From: Schmidtea polychroa
Taxonomy: Eukaryota
Direction of reading: 5' to 3'
Length of the DNA: 64,000 bases
Assembly (NCBI GenBank): GCA_044892525.1
Contig: CM097887.1
Location: 15,128,001-15,192,000, forward strand
The position numbers were made by a program, and so were the translations under genes. This document shows, piece after piece, positions 24,201 to 38,796 of the stretch (positions are counted from its first letter, which is position 1; every line of letters begins with the position of its first letter). The notes beneath the pieces are model-generated. The model worked only from the letters and a program-made list of their open reading frames with translations, searched no databases and was not told the DNA's origin.

Positions 24201-25391
24201 GAAAGACTATAGAATTCTAATTTTTATTCACAAAAGATCTGCTTAACTTTTAATTGATTACTAACATGCGTACTGACTTATTATTGCAAGGTAAAAATTT
24301 CAAGCTCATTCAATCAATAGTTGTAGTTAATTCATTTTATGATATATAGTCTCAGTTTATCTGAAAGTATGTTTTATCCCCCTGTGGGTGTTGGTCGTAA
24401 GGGTATTGGTAACACTCAACCACCACCTACCACTTAACTAACAACCAGTTAACAACTAGATACCAACAATGTATATTTACTAGCTAAGAATAACAATCAA
24501 CCAACCAGATACCAAATACTTACAAATAGATACCAAGTACCAACAACAAACTAGCAACGCATAAAAATATAACAATTAAATACAACATATTCTTCAACAC
24601 ACATATTATCTTTTTGTTTACATCTACAACTGAACTCAATCAACCAAGTACTAACAATTATTTACCAACGACTAAGTACTTAACACTATCAACCAAGTAC
24701 TAAGTAATTATTACTGTATTTTCGTGCATTGGTTATACTCGAATATTTCCCGACTATATATATATATATAAAGAAATGTTTCCTCTAAATTTAATTATAT
24801 CAGCTCATAATAATTCATATAAAGTCGCCCATACAAAGAAAGTACATTATGTCGCTAGATTTAAGAAAGATTTGCATCATTGTGTAATCTACATTACTGC
24901 TATAAAATATAATGATATATGTGACCTCTTTATTTACAATTTAACCCATTCCATTTACATTAATTTATCCATGTATGTTCCTTCCACTCATATTTAAGAG
25001 AATTTCAAAAAATTGTTGAAATTTGTAATGATTTGATTTTAGTGTCTAAGATATATTTTTCAGAGTCAAGGAATCCAATGAAAGTATTTCTTTCCCACAA
25101 AAATAGGCAAACAGTTCCATAAAAAGTCCTTACTCACTTCAAATTTGTCTTTGTCAAAATATTTGTCATTCCATAACATGAGATATATAATTATATTAAT
25201 TTAAAAAGTAACAAATGCAAGATTATAACGATAGAAAACTCACTGTCCTAATGATAATAATATTAATAAATACAGATAATAAATATACTAATAATAATAA
25301 TGATAATAATATTAATAAATAATAAATAATAATTAATAATAATGCTACTAATAATTATATTAATCATAATTAAAAAAATAATATTAATAAC

Positions 25392-25441
<50 letters not shown>

Positions 25442-25620
25442 TAAAAATAATAATATAAAATGATGATTTCTTGGTAGTAGTATTTATTATTTAAAAACAA
25501 TAAAGTGATAATTTAAGCCTTTTGCTGAAAATAATGTATTTAATGAAAAAATTTCGACTATCTTAATAGTCCTTGTCAATCTCCTGAAATTTAGCAATCT
25601 TCCCGAAAATACCTTTCAAA

Positions 25621-26420
25621 TTTTCATTGTCATTTTATCGTCACTAGTATGTATGTTAACACCAAAAAAGCGTCTACCTCTAATTGTTGTGTATTCATCA
25701 ACTGTCATTGAAAATTTGGTTCCAGAATCAATCTTTTGTTTAACAAGTGTTATCATTTTAGCTTTTTTCTCTAAAAAATCTTCAATAATCAGTTTCATGA
25801 CATCGCGTTCATTGATAGGAAGTTTAAGACCATCGCGAGTAATAGATTGTCTGATGTAATTATTTCTTGTAATAGCTCTAATAGTTATACCATCAGTAGC
25901 AAGATCTGATACTATTTCTTTGAGAGATTTTTTAACTAGAAAATCTGAAATTGATTTTGTTCTCTTCTCTGATATTGTATCTTCTTTCGATGCACTAACT
26001 GTTGGCTTTTCCATGTCGATGCCATGGGTTTTGAGATGATTTTTTAAAGTTGTTGTAGAATTGCCAGAACAAGTTATAACTTTATTACATCGCTTGCATT
26101 GACCTTCAAGCACCTTTTTTAACACATTTTTTCGTTTTATAGCATAATCCCAAACTGAAGACATGGGTGAAATATAAAATTATGTTTTTAGAAGTTTGTT
26201 AGTATATAAATAATCAAACAAATATTTATCAACAATATCAATTAAATATTGACTTTTGTAAGTTATATTATAATATTAAAAATTCTTTTTAAAAAAATTG
26301 AAAAAGGATCGTTAAAAAACAGTATAAACAGCTTCGAAAAAACAGCTGTTTAATGTTTTCCGATTAAGACAAAAAAACAGCTGTTTTACTGTTGCTGTTT
26401 AACAGTAATGTAAAACCCTA
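25621..26420 (-). mobile_element. 3'-truncated hAT transposon with BED-finger transposase N-terminus (ORF 26164-25616)
   Basis: SVWDY...CKRC....GNSTTTLKNHLKTH BED finger and FSMTVDEYT first catalytic Asp. The 5' end is TAGGGTTTTAC, with AAACAGCTG subterminal repeats. Flanked by CTTTCAAA / CTTTCAAT. Confidence 0.88.
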
Positions 26421-26679
26421 CTTTCAATCTTTCTTTTATTTCCTTTCTCTTAATTCTCATTGGTTATAAATATAATATATACTTTCGTTTTATGGATTTT
26501 TTTATTAAAAATATTTAAAATCTTATTGAAAATTAAAATTAAAAATAAAATAAAATTTAAAATTCCAAAATGACACAAACTAAAAATTTTTAAATTTTTT
26601 TATAAGGCTTCTACAATTAGCTTCTAGAAGCCTAATAAAATATTTCAAAATATTTTAAAATAAAGCCTCCAATAACTAC

Positions 26680-27110
26680 TTAATTGTTTTCTCTATTTAT
26701 GTTGCCTGTCAGAGCCCTTCTCAATGTCCAAGATTTATGTGCTTTCCGAATTGTACGTTTAAGTTCTTTCAGGATCTTGAAGTCGAGTATGTCACTGATG
26801 AATGGGATATTCAGATAGAAATATTTCTTCTTCTTTTGTGTTAATTCCCTAGATATTTTTCGGGTAGAATTCATTCTTTCAATGTCCTCACCTTGTTATC
26901 CGTTTCTGTGTAGGATTTTATTGAAATTTGATTGTTCTTTAAAGTTTTCGTTTTTTCCAGCGCATCGATTGGCTATTCTTCGTTTCTCGTTTCTTATGAC
27001 ATGTACTTTCTGTAAGTATAGAAGCGCTGATCTTTGGTGCATAAATATATGTCTTTGCGATCTGGTTTTCTGTAGAACCCGTATGTTGGAGTATTTGCTT
27101 CTATTTTACT
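26680..27110 (-). mobile_element. Penelope-like element reverse transcriptase C-terminal/thumb relic
   Basis: YGFYRKPDRKDIYL, frameshift, then RRIANRC...ILHRNG*...YLNIPFISDIL. This matches the PLE YRKP..YL / RA.RIC / NGYP / LPY motif series. Confidence 0.75.
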
Positions 27111-28719
27111 TTATTTTATTTGTTGGTTGTTTTGGTCCAGTGTAAGTAACAATTCTACACGTTGCACGCGGAGAAGATATTTTTATCTTTTTTTTTAAAA
27201 AAAATAAACTGTATAGCGTTAATTATCGCTATAGAAAATGGATCACAAATAAAAAAAAAAAGAAAAAAAAGTCCATAAAAATCTTTTAAAAAAACTATAA
27301 GGAGACACTATTATTATACATTTGAAAGAAGAAGGTGTTCGAAGTTATAATTACCGAAAAGAAAATATTCTTATTCTAGTTACTATTATTGTATATTTGA
27401 AAGAAAGGGATCGAAGATAAAATTTCCACAAGCAAAAACTCAAAAAAACATTTTTTTAAAATCAAAATTGACATATAATTTCTTAAAATTTTATCCTTAA
27501 TAGTTGACAAATTTCTATAGGTTAGGTCATATCACTAATAGATAGAAATCGAATTTCTCAGGATTTTAATAAATGTTTAGTTTTAATATTAGAATAGGTT
27601 TTTTTAAGTATAGATTAATAATTTTTATTTTTTAAATATGTGTATGTAAAAGGCACAGTTTAAGGTGTTATGAGTGTGAATAAATAATGATGTCATTTTG
27701 TAGAAATTTAAATTCCATCTATCTATATATTGTTTGAGTTGACAATTATTCCCATTTTCCATTCATTATCTTCAAAAAATTATAAAAACTTCATTTATTA
27801 TAAATAGAAATGTTAATTTTTTTTAAATAGATTAAAATTAAACTTACAAAGCTTTAAAATTACATTTTTAAAATAATATTTAAGCTTTAAAAAATCATAA
27901 GTTTTATTAAATTTTTTAATTCTAAATTAACAGGTAATTCAAATTAATTATGAAGTGGGTCCGAAAATTAGTAAGTTTCAGTAGTGCATTAACAGATTAT
28001 CACTTTATAGAATATTGAGAAACACAGTTGAGTTATGAACAAACTTAAATAATAATATATTTATCAATAAGATTTATTATTTTCAATAATAATTTTTTTA
28101 AGTTCATAAAACCGAGAGAAATTTTATTTTACTTAATAATATTTACTTTGAAAAACAGAAATTCGAATTGATATAAAGATTTAATACACTGATATAACTT
28201 TTCACATACCCCAAATAAAAACACTATAATAAAAATATGAATAGTTTTCGCGTACAGTGCTAGCACATATAATTAAATAGTCATCGGTAAGTTATTACTA
28301 TGTTGAAATATTTTTATAATTTGTTACAATTTGATTAAATACTTTACAACTTTGTTGAAAATTTCAGAAATATGTTATTACTTTGTTGTTTTTAATGAAA
28401 AGTTTCATAATTTTGTGGTAATTTAGTGTAAAATATTTATTAAATTGTTGCCATTCACCAAAATAATTTGCCACTTTACTGCAGCTTAATGAATACTTTA
28501 TAACATTATTGTAATTTATTGAAAGATTTCATTATGTTGTTTTGATTTATTGTAATATTTTTATTAATTTTGTAACCATTAACTGAAATAATTTAATATT
28601 TTGCAATAATTAATCATTGAATATAGTTTAAAATACTGTAAAAGAATTTATTTATTTAATGATATAATGAATTTTACGGTTTTGATATTTGTTGGATATC
28701 CGGGAAAGAGGAAAATTTA

Positions 28720-31330
28720 AACAAGATAAAATTGTCCCTGTCTGCTCAGCGCGTGGTTCCCTGGATACCCAAGATGACCTTAGCTAATTTCCCTTATGTG
28801 TGCCCGTGGCTATGTCACACGTTGGTACTGCGCACATAGGTCGGAATTTACTAACAGGTGAGCCCCTACCTTAGGACTATTCTTAGTAAACTCGCAGTTC
28901 GGGTTCAAAAGGTGCCGTAGGAGGGCTTACCCTGGTTCAGACATACAATGTGGTACGACCCTGGTCCAAGGGGACGACCTTGCTAGAGAATCTCACTGTC
29001 AGACAATCACTCGTCAAATACATACTACATAGCAATCTCAATCAAATACGTTGAAACCCAGATAGAAATTTTATTATAGTGAGCTATATTGCTAACACAT
29101 GCAGCTTAGTTCCATATACTAGATCAAGCAGAACAGCAAAAATCAAATAAAACACAATGTAAGCTGGGCAAAAATCACCAGAGTTAATGACGAAAATCAC
29201 AAAGGTTAACGAGAGTCAGGGATTTGCCGTCTCTTCTGCGGTTCCGAGAAAAATTTCTCCTTCGGCCAACATTTCGTCAATATCTACCGGTAATCGGCGA
29301 TCTTCGAGGAACCGTGTTCCTCCTGCGGGGACGACTCGGAATATCTCCTTGGTAGGCACGGAGTGGGTGGCTGTGATCTCTTTGATAGTTGGTTGTGCGA
29401 CCGATAAGAATGCTTCTAGTGCCGCGATAGCGTTTCAGCGTTTTTGATTTTTCTCGGATCACGTAGGCCGTTTACGCTTCCGGATCGTCGACGTAGAATC
29501 AGTAGTAGGTTGAGAATTTGGAGGAGGAAGAACTACATTTGGAACGCGGACCGACGGAACATTCGATGCGGCCATAGAACTTGACAGAACAGGCTCGGGG
29601 AGGGGCGGCAGCTGAGGCCCGTGTCCCATACAACCGGTGGATGATATTGATTCTCTGCCTGCTTGATGAAGGACCCAAATTTTTTGACCCAATATTATAA
29701 TATCCTTAGGCTAGAATATTTCAATAGATAATGGAGATTAATTTATTCACAAAATATTCTAGATAAGATTCCCCATCAAAACTTAACGAAATGCTATATA
29801 TCAATAAAATATCTCCAATTTCTATTTAAATCAAAATTATCTAGAGTTAGACAGGGTCACTCAAAGGAGGGTTGGGAGAGATTTGATCGAGTCAACACGT
29901 ATATATTCGAAATTTAATCAATAATTTATGTTTCTAAAATTTAAGCTTTCTCCGTCAGGTCATAAAGAAATGTCTTTTGTCCAACCAAAATGTAGTCTAT
30001 TAAATAATTTACAAATATATTCCCACGATGGTCGCGTGAATGTGTTGCTGCGTTGTCGAGGCTCGAGAGATTCGCTTATATAGACATTTCAATTTTCCGG
30101 CGCGATTATGGCCTGTAGTTGAAATCAAGAACGTCATTTCATTGAACTACCCTTGCGAGCACCTGCGTTGCTATATGCTAAAAGATTGTGTAATAGTTCT
30201 TGGTAGTGACGCTGTGGTTTATTACGAACAGATATTAATCAATTAAAATCTAAGTAAGTACAAGAAAAATCCCTCAGTGCATCGAATCTAATTTAAAATA
30301 AACATTTCCATTAGCAAGTGCGAGAAGTATTCTTGTAATTGAGCTAATGCTGATTTCACGAAGGTCGAACAGAAGATCTCATTAGGTCGCTTTCGCTTGT
30401 AATCTTATCAATGCATTAAATAACACAAAATGCCAGTTTATTTCGCGAATTCCCTACCTCTACCCGTAGTATGATATTCCTACTTAACTAGCTAAGCATG
30501 AGATCGAAACTGTCAGTTTGATCCCTTATCAAAATTTCTCATCGTCCACCTGTACCAGCCGTTGCGACAAGAAGAAAACGTGATTACGTCATCCATCTCG
30601 AGAAGTAGATAATTTTCCGTCGACAGTATGATAGTATTTATCTATTCTTGTCAGAACAAGACAGATGTTTATCGCAGCATCTTGGAAAATTGGAATCTAG
30701 TAGAATTCAATACATGGCATTATCGACGTTGGTATGCGGTAGATTCGCCGGTATCAGAAGTAAATATTTATATCGATTTAATAACGATTCCAAGTTCTCT
30801 ATAGATTATTGGCATCCTCGGTGACTACATCAGGTCAACGAAATTTTCGTGGCGTTGGACTTTTAGATATCTGCCTTGAAAAGTGGATTTAGATGCTAAC
30901 GCAAAAAAAATTCGAGACAATCGATTTCGTCATATCACAGGCTTTTCTTGTCTGATTACCTAGTGGATTTTTCAGAGGACTTCCTTCATACGAAGTGAAC
31001 CTATCGACGCCGTACGATCCGTTACTCTGAGCGCCTAAGAAGCATGAGAATCTATGAAGATGTCCGGCCGACGAAAATTTCCGATATTCCTGTCGAACCT
31101 TTTAATCAAGATCTATCGACAACACTCAATGAAGAACTACTGGAATACTTTTGTTCCCTCTTTTCTTGTTTAAATACGGAATTTCTCCACCCCTCGTGAC
31201 ACACCCAAGAGTCACAGGCATCGCTGCCCACCACCCTCAAATCGTCACGAAGGACAGAGTCGTTCAACACCTTCCCAATTTGAATAATCAAATATAATAA
31301 TAATCAATTACCTGGCGACCATGCATTTGG
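28720..31330. other. GC-enriched island with decayed reading frames, unidentified mobile or viral relic
   Basis: Abruptly higher GC than the flanks. The minus frame 29692-29215 stays in one frame through two stops, and there are further broken frames at 30040-31200. Confidence 0.45.
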
Positions 31331-32237
31331 ATCCCCAAATCACGATGTCATTGCCCAATTGTTATTTTGTAGTTTTATTGTCTTTTTTCAATAAATTTTA
31401 TTTGCCTTTTTTTATTTTTATTATTATTTTATTATTTTATTACTGCTATTATTTTATTACCCTAACCAAATTACGACATAATTAACTATCAAAAATTTAT
31501 TATTATAAAAAAATATTAATAAAAGTTATTTTAAATGCTTTTTAGGAATGAATTTTAATGAATTGCAATTTAATAAAAACATTGAATTAATTAACTTATT
31601 TTACTATTATTGAATAATAAAATAAAAATATTTTTTATGATATAAAAATAACTTTTCTATTCATTATTTTAATGAATCATTTCAATAAAAATTTTATTTG
31701 GGTGATATTAAGCACAATCACTTTTTTATGATAAATTCAGTAAGGTTTTCATTATTGGAATTTTTTGATGAGAGAAAATTTAATATTCAGACTAAGTAAG
31801 AGTCCTATTATAAATGTGTCATCCAGCATAACAAGAATTTAATACTTGGGCAAGTTTGCGTGTTTCTTATATTATAATATATATTCGAAATTCTAAATTT
31901 GCACTGTTTAGGCTTAATATTTCTTTTAAATGATTTAATTAATATGCCGTTTTTATTTTATTATTTTAATTATTATAATTTAATTTATTTTTTATTATTT
32001 AAATTATAATATTTTCTTAATGATCAAAAAAACAATTTTCACAAAAAACAAAATAAATAAATTAATAAACAAATGCCAATTAATAAATTTAAAAATATTT
32101 TGTAAAACTTATCATATTAAATTTATTCCAATTATTCAGTTCCTATGGCAAATAAATGCATATTTTTTTTGTTTTAATTTACTTTCCGTGTATTTATTCT
32201 TTAAAGAAATAATGATTTATAATAAATTAGAAATAAA

Positions 32238-32559
32238 ATGGTGATAATGTCTTATTAATTTAGTGAATATATTTACACTCCCATATTGCTATTTTATCAA
32301 ATTTGATTTTAATTGTAATTCCTATATTTATATTTATTTTTAGAGATCTTATTTATTAATATTAATTATTTTGGTAACAAATTCGATTGAGATTGGTCAA
32401 ACCTGTAATCCTAAAAATTGTAAGTAAATCAAAAAATATGCAAAATTATATTTTTCTGTAGTTTTGATAAAAAGAATGGTAGTCGAAGTGGAAATGTGTA
32501 AACAATGTTGCAATGGATGTGATTCTAAAAAGAATACCGATTTGGCACGTTGTTTGTAA
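32238..32559 (+). CDS. Secreted cysteine-rich peptide, copy 3 (exons 32238-32240, 32344-32419, 32462-32559; 58 aa)
   Basis: Spliced ORF MRSYLLILIILVTNSIEIGQTCNPKNFLIKRMVVEVEMCKQCCNGCDSKKNTDLARCL*, with 6 Cys. Exon lengths (3/76/98) are preserved. Confidence 0.82.
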
Positions 32560-33137
32560 AAATGAAATCATTATTTTGTTTTATTATACAATTATTGCTA
32601 TTATTAGCCATAATTTCTTGGTAGCAGAATTAATTTAAATGTTAAACAACTAAATCAAAATTTAAGCATTTTGCCGCGAATTATATATTTAATAAAAATG
32701 AAAAAATTTCAACCATAAAATATTCACTTTCAATTTCCTGGAATTCTAGTTTTAAAGAAACCTGTCAGATATAATGAAGCAATTCTCAACATAAACTGTT
32801 TTGGTGGTTTTGACCATTTTGCACCGACTGGTTTCCATTTCTTATGATGATAGCAATGGAACCTGAAAAAATTATATGTTATGTTAAAAAACTTATTTTT
32901 TGTGGATTTTGTGAAAAACCTATATTTTTTTATGTAAAGGAAAATTTAAGTAACTTAAAATTTTGTTAAAAGAGAAATTTAACCTAAAATAAATTAAAAA
33001 ATAAAAATGTGTTTAAATATTCTGTTTTTATATTAGAAATAAAATTTACTTACAATTGAAGTTTCTGATTTTACTGATCTTTTTGAAATATTTCAATGGA
33101 AAATAATTCTGGCCACAATATATCTTTTAATAAATAT

Positions 33138-33215
33138 TCCGGATCATTTGGAGTCGTTTATAAAGCAAAATGCTTATCTGATGGATGCTTGTGGGCCGTG
33201 AAAAATTTACCCAGC
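33138..33215 (+). pseudogene. Protein kinase subdomain I-II fragment
   Basis: SGSFGVVYKAKCLSDGCLWAVKNL contains the Gly-rich loop and AxK lysine, followed within a few codons by a stop. No further kinase motifs were seen. Confidence 0.55.
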
Positions 33216-33804
33216 ATATTTTAATTGTATCAGACTTGAGAGATAACGTTTTCGATAATATTGAGGAATATAAAAATCTTATTAATGCTTTATTAGATAA
33301 AGATGAACAAATGTCAAAATTATTACAAAATTTTCAAAAGAAAATTATTTGGGAAAATTATTTGTGTTCTGTAGAAGATCTATATCATGAATTAAACACA
33401 GATGACAATCGATTGGAAGAATTAAAATAAGAAACTCGAATTATATTGAGTTATCATATGGATTTCAGTTTCGCAAATTTCTCATTTCTCACAATCACTG
33501 ATACCGGTGATTCAAATTTTACAAGGTCTTCGAAAATCTCTAGTGGCTGCAAATGATGCAATTCGGAAACCATTTGAATCAAAACAACTTATTTTTCTCT
33601 AAATCATAAACTGATGACCAACAATCAACACTACAGAAGAGATTAATGAAATCACGAGTTTGATGTTTTTTATTGAACTTGGGAATATCTTCTTTTAAAA
33701 AATTAAAAAATAATATAGAAAACTATATCAAAATTTAAGGAAATATACTTATAGAAATTATATATAATTCGCAGCTTAGGAGTTTAATTATCATTTAATT
33801 ATTT

Positions 33805-33806
33805 AA

Positions 33807-33891
<85 letters not shown>

Positions 33892-34064
33892 TAAAACAAT
33901 AAAATGATAATTTAAGCCTTTTGCTGCAAATAATGTATTTAATGAAAATGTTTTCGACTATAAGATAGTCCTTGTCAATCTCCTGGAATTTAGCAATGTT
34001 CTTCCCCAAAATACCTTTCAATCTTTCTTTTATTTCCTTTCTCTTAATTCTCATTGGTTATTTA

Positions 34065-34137
<73 letters not shown>
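33805..34137. repeat. (ATT)n microsatellites flanking a dispersed AT-rich repeat core
   Basis: Pure ATT runs at ~33805-33890 and ~34065-34137. The core TAATTTAAGCCTTTTGCTGC recurs at ~14260, 25510, 49790 and 60910. Confidence 0.85.
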
Positions 34138-34539
34138 TTAATAAGAACTTATTTTCTTCCAATTTCACCACTGATTATTATTTCCATTGAATTTATTAAA
34201 AAGAGAGCTTGAAGACTATAAATCAGAAATATATCGATGCTTGTTGATACTCACGAATTTTCGGCATTGCCTTTTTCAAGTGCATTTTGCCATGTCGCTG
34301 ACCAAACATAATAATAAGCCCTACCCTAACAAGTCCAGTGTGACCGTGGAAGTAGGTAAATTTTAATTAAATTGACCCCTTTCACATTAAATTACAAAAT
34401 TAACTTTAAACATTTAACTGAATATAAAACACAACATTAGGAATTTATTAATATCTATCGACTCAATTTCACTATAACATTACAGTAAATTAAATACGAG
34501 AATGTAGTCGATTAATTTCAAATAAACAACTTATTTTCA

Positions 34540-34720
34540 AGTTCTCATTTTGATAAAATAACAGGGGAATTCCTAACCAAACTTTTTGAAGAGGATTAAA
34601 AATTTATGATAAATCTTCGATCTTCAATAAATAAAAATTCAATTCTGGATTAAAGAATCAATGAAACCCTATAACCAACAAACAACGGGGGATCCTTGCT
34701 CAAATTTTAGAAATTAATTA
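34540..34720 (+). mobile_element. Possible highly degraded LTR-retrotransposon integrase core
   Basis: DKITGEFLTKLFEE (like DNGxEFxS) and KPYNQQTTG (like PYxPQxNG) occur in the correct order. Confidence 0.3.
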
Positions 34721-36761
34721 AAGAACTTAGTCAGTTAATCAATAACGTCCGACTCAGAAACTGCTTGAAGCTGATATAACCAACCAACTCATAATGATAG
34801 TTTCGTAAGCTAGGTTAACTAATTTTGTTCATCGGGGACATTTAATAGAACAATAAGGTTTCATATAACGTTAATACAATCTCCCTCCCAACCTAATTAT
34901 CATTATATAAATATAACTTTCTAAATGAAACCCTAATTAAGAATTGATTCACTCCTGCCATACCACGATAATTCAGCAAGACTATTTTAATACGATCTCC
35001 TAGGTGTATAGCAAAATAATGATATTTTTATAACCATAACTGCAATTAGTAACTTCACCTACCCTTACGGTACATCTTATAGGTAGATAATCGCTAGGCA
35101 ATCATCACTTCATATGAACAATTGTGTAAATTTTCTAATCCTTCCTTCACTATACTACCCAAAATCTACAAAATGATTCGAATATAACCTTAATTGTAAT
35201 TTAGTAGCAATGATACAATGAAAATTTTAATAATAATATAATACAGATAGACTATAATGACATATATAACGTTATTATTATGGTTAAAAAGATTGTTATT
35301 ATTCTTATTCATGGTATCATTCTCACATCCATTATTATTATGGTTGCCATCTTTATAAATCCCATTATTTGTAGGATAATTCACCTCCAGGACACTCCCC
35401 TACCCCCCATCCGCCGAGGAAGAAATTATTAAGTTAAAAAATAATGTAGGTAAAGTCAAATATTTTGAATTTCATTGATTTCCACATGGTATATTTTTGA
35501 CGAGGTTTTTATGTAGGTCAACTCAAATACTTGAAATTATTTTTTTTAATTATGTAGGTCAACTCAAAAATTATGTAGGTTAACTTAAAAATAAAGGGTT
35601 TTCGTCAAAAATATTTTCTATTTTAATTTCTCTTTATGTAATATATTAATTTGTAATAAAATTAATATATATGGACTTACCATTTTAATAGGCCATTTGA
35701 TATTGCATAATTAATAAACTTTTCATTCAATAATTCAAAAATGTAATTAATTATTGCATTTCTAATAAAAAATTATAATATTATTAAGTTTTTTTTACAT
35801 GCTTTTCAGGTATGAGTTTCAATTTTATAAAAGCATTGAATTAAGCAAGCTAATCACTATTATTGAATAATAAAACAAAAATATTTTTTATGATATAAAA
35901 ATAAGCTATTCTATTTTTTTTGATGAGAGAAAATTTAGTTTTCAGACCAAGTTAGGAATCGTAACACCAAAATACGCCATAATTAACTATCAAAAATTTA
36001 TTAAATACGAAATTTTTGTACAGCTGTGATCAAAATTTGATCAGTTCATGATATTCACTGTATTTTAGTACTGATGCTGTGTGGTAAATTGCATATGAAT
36101 CTCTGGTGAACTCCAGCGTTAATTTACTGTGCTCAATTATTTTGAACGTGCATTATCTTTTATTTTTTAATATAATAATTCAGTATAATATAATATAATA
36201 TTATCTATTTATGTGAATCTCTAAATATACATAAAATAGAGGCACTACATCAAAGTCTTGTAATAAATGTGTTATCCAGCATAACAAGAATTTAATACTT
36301 GGCCAAGTTTGCTTGTTTCTTATATTACAATATATATTTGAAATTCTAAATTTGTACTGTTTAGGCTTAATATTTCTTTTAAATGATTTAAATAATATGC
36401 CATTTTTATTTTATTATTTTAATTATTATAATTTAATTTATTTTTTATTATTTAAATTATAAATCAGTTGTGAAAATTGAAAAAAAGTATTTTTTTATTT
36501 TTTCTTTTTTTCCCCTATTTTCTGTAATATTACCGATTAAATTTTTGCAATTGTTTTAAATTGACAAACATTACATTCCTAAAATTAATATATATGTAGG
36601 TCATTTGATATAGCATATATATTTAACAAACATTTTATTCAATAATACAAAAATGTAATTAATTATTGCATTTCTAATAAAAAATTATAATATTATTAAA
36701 ACTTTATTTACATGCTTTTTAGGTATGAGTTTCAATTTTATAAAAAACATTGAATTAAGTA

Positions 36762-36940
36762 CCGTATATACTCGCGTATAAGTCGAGTAAATTTTAAGAG
36801 ATTTTTAAGTCCTAAATTGGAAACCCGCATATAAGTCGAAGTAACAAAAATAAAAAAGGTTTAATGATTTTAACGTATTTTGGCTATTTTGACTTGACAA
36901 TTTGACCTAAATTTTTCGACTTATACGCGAGTATATACGG
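36762..36940. mobile_element. Tc1/mariner (pogo-like) MITE, 179 bp
   Basis: Perfect 25-bp TIR CCGTATATACTCGCGTATAAGTCGA with TA on both sides. The empty site is visible in sister repeat copies. Confidence 0.9.
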
Positions 36941-37600
36941 TAACCTAATCACTATTATTGAATAATAAAATAAAAATATTTTTTATGATATAAAAATAAG
37001 CTTATCTATTTATTTTGATGAGAGAAAATTTAGTTTTCAGACCAAGTTAGGATCCGTAACACCAAAATACGCCATAATTAACTATCAAAAATTTATCTTT
37101 TAAAAAAAATATTAATAAAAGTTATTTTAAATGCTTTTAAGGAATGAATTTTAATGAATTGCAATTTAATAAAAACATTGAATTAATTAACTTATTTTAC
37201 TATTATTGAATAATAAAATAAAAATATTTCTTATGATATAAAAATAACTTTTCTATTCATTATTTTAATGAAACATTTCAATAAAAATCTTATTTGAGTG
37301 ATATTAAGCACAATCACTTTTTTATGATAAATTCAGTAAGGTTTTCATTATTGGAATTTTTTGATGAGAGAAAATTTACTATTCAGACTAAGTAAGAGTC
37401 CTATTATAAATGTGTCATCCAGCATAACAAGAATTTAATACTTGGGCAAGTTTGCGTGTTTCTTTTATTATAATATATATTCGAAATTCTAAATTTGCAC
37501 TGTTTAGGCTTAATATTTCTTTTAAATGATTTAATTAATATGCCGTTTTTATTTTATTATTTTAATTATTATAATTTAATTTATTTTTTATTATTTAAAT

Positions 37601-38796
37601 CAGAGGTGGCCAAACTTATTTTTACTTGGGCCAAAAAATGAAATTTACTTGATTCAGAGGGCCACAAAAATTTTTTTTTCAATCATATTAAAAAGTATAA
37701 ATCCAAATATGTAATACAATGGATGGAAATTAACTGTATTTTTTAATCATTAAATTTTAATTCATTTTTAATTCATTTTTGTAAAATATTAAATATGGAT
37801 GCGCTTGCATGGAAGATGCCAGTTTTGTAATATTTGGTTCTATTTTTGACGTTGCAATTATTAAAATATCCCGCAAATAATTATCTGATAGTTCATTTCT
37901 GTTATTCGTTTTTGCATTTTTCATTTTTGAATAAGTTTGTTCACATATGTGAACAAGCTGTTCATCTGGAAATGCTTCATCGACGTCAAATGTAAAAGGA
38001 TTTTCAAATAGTGTTATTTCATTTGATATATTGCCGAATTCTGAAAATCTGTCTTCCATATTTCTTATCAATAATTTTATTGTATCACTGAATATATTAA
38101 TTGGTATATTGGTTTTTAGTTCACTGGATTTTTTTAAAGTATCGCAAATTTTGAAATGCTGGAAATTATTCTCAGATTTGTGAAATAGTGTTAATGTTGT
38201 TGAAAAGCTTTGCACGTTTGAATATAGCTCGCTAACTAATTTCATATTGCTTTGCATTTTATTAATATATTTGTTCATATGATCAACCAAATCCGTTAAA
38301 AATGCTAATTTCCACAATCAAACATCATCTTCAATCTCAGGAATTAAATGATTTTTTCATTGCAAAATGTGATTATTTCTTTTCGTAGGTTGAAAAAACG
38401 TAATAATACTTTACATTTACTTAAGTAATTTAAATGCTGCGGCCTTTCCCACAGATTATTAAAACAACTATAAAACTTAAAACTTTTGAGAATTTTCTCC
38501 TAACTACGGCGCGAAATATATAAGTACATGGAATACAATAACTGTACAAATTCAAAATTTCTGAATTTTACCAGCATGCTTTGCCACAAGTTTTCAAAAT
38601 AAATTATAGAACATATTTTTTCTTATTTTTATTTTGATATTACAAAAAAATGGTAAATTTTTTTTTTCGTTGATTAAGTTTTGAAAAAAAATTAAATTTT
38701 TTATAAAATTACATGATTTATTAAACGCTTCGAGAGCCAAAGAATGGAAGCTGGCGGGCCAGATTTGGCCCTCGGGCCGTAGTTTGGGCATCACTG
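37601..38796 (-). mobile_element. Internally deleted hAT (Buster/Charlie-like) transposon with transposase fragment (38317-37757)
   Basis: TIR CAGAGGTGGCCAAACT / AGTTTGGGCATCACTG and a perfect TSD ATTTAAAT. WKLAFLTDLVDHMNK...MQ...LVSELY matches the Charlie/SPIN transposase C-terminal region. Confidence 0.9.

Noticed and set aside
24776-25180. Possible kinase C-lobe relic on the minus strand (LYELL*...FRG)
   Set aside because: Too short and broken to distinguish from chance.
33972-34190. Poly-Tyr ORF (and the poly-Ile ORF at 49397-49843)
   Set aside because: These are translations of (ATT)n microsatellites.
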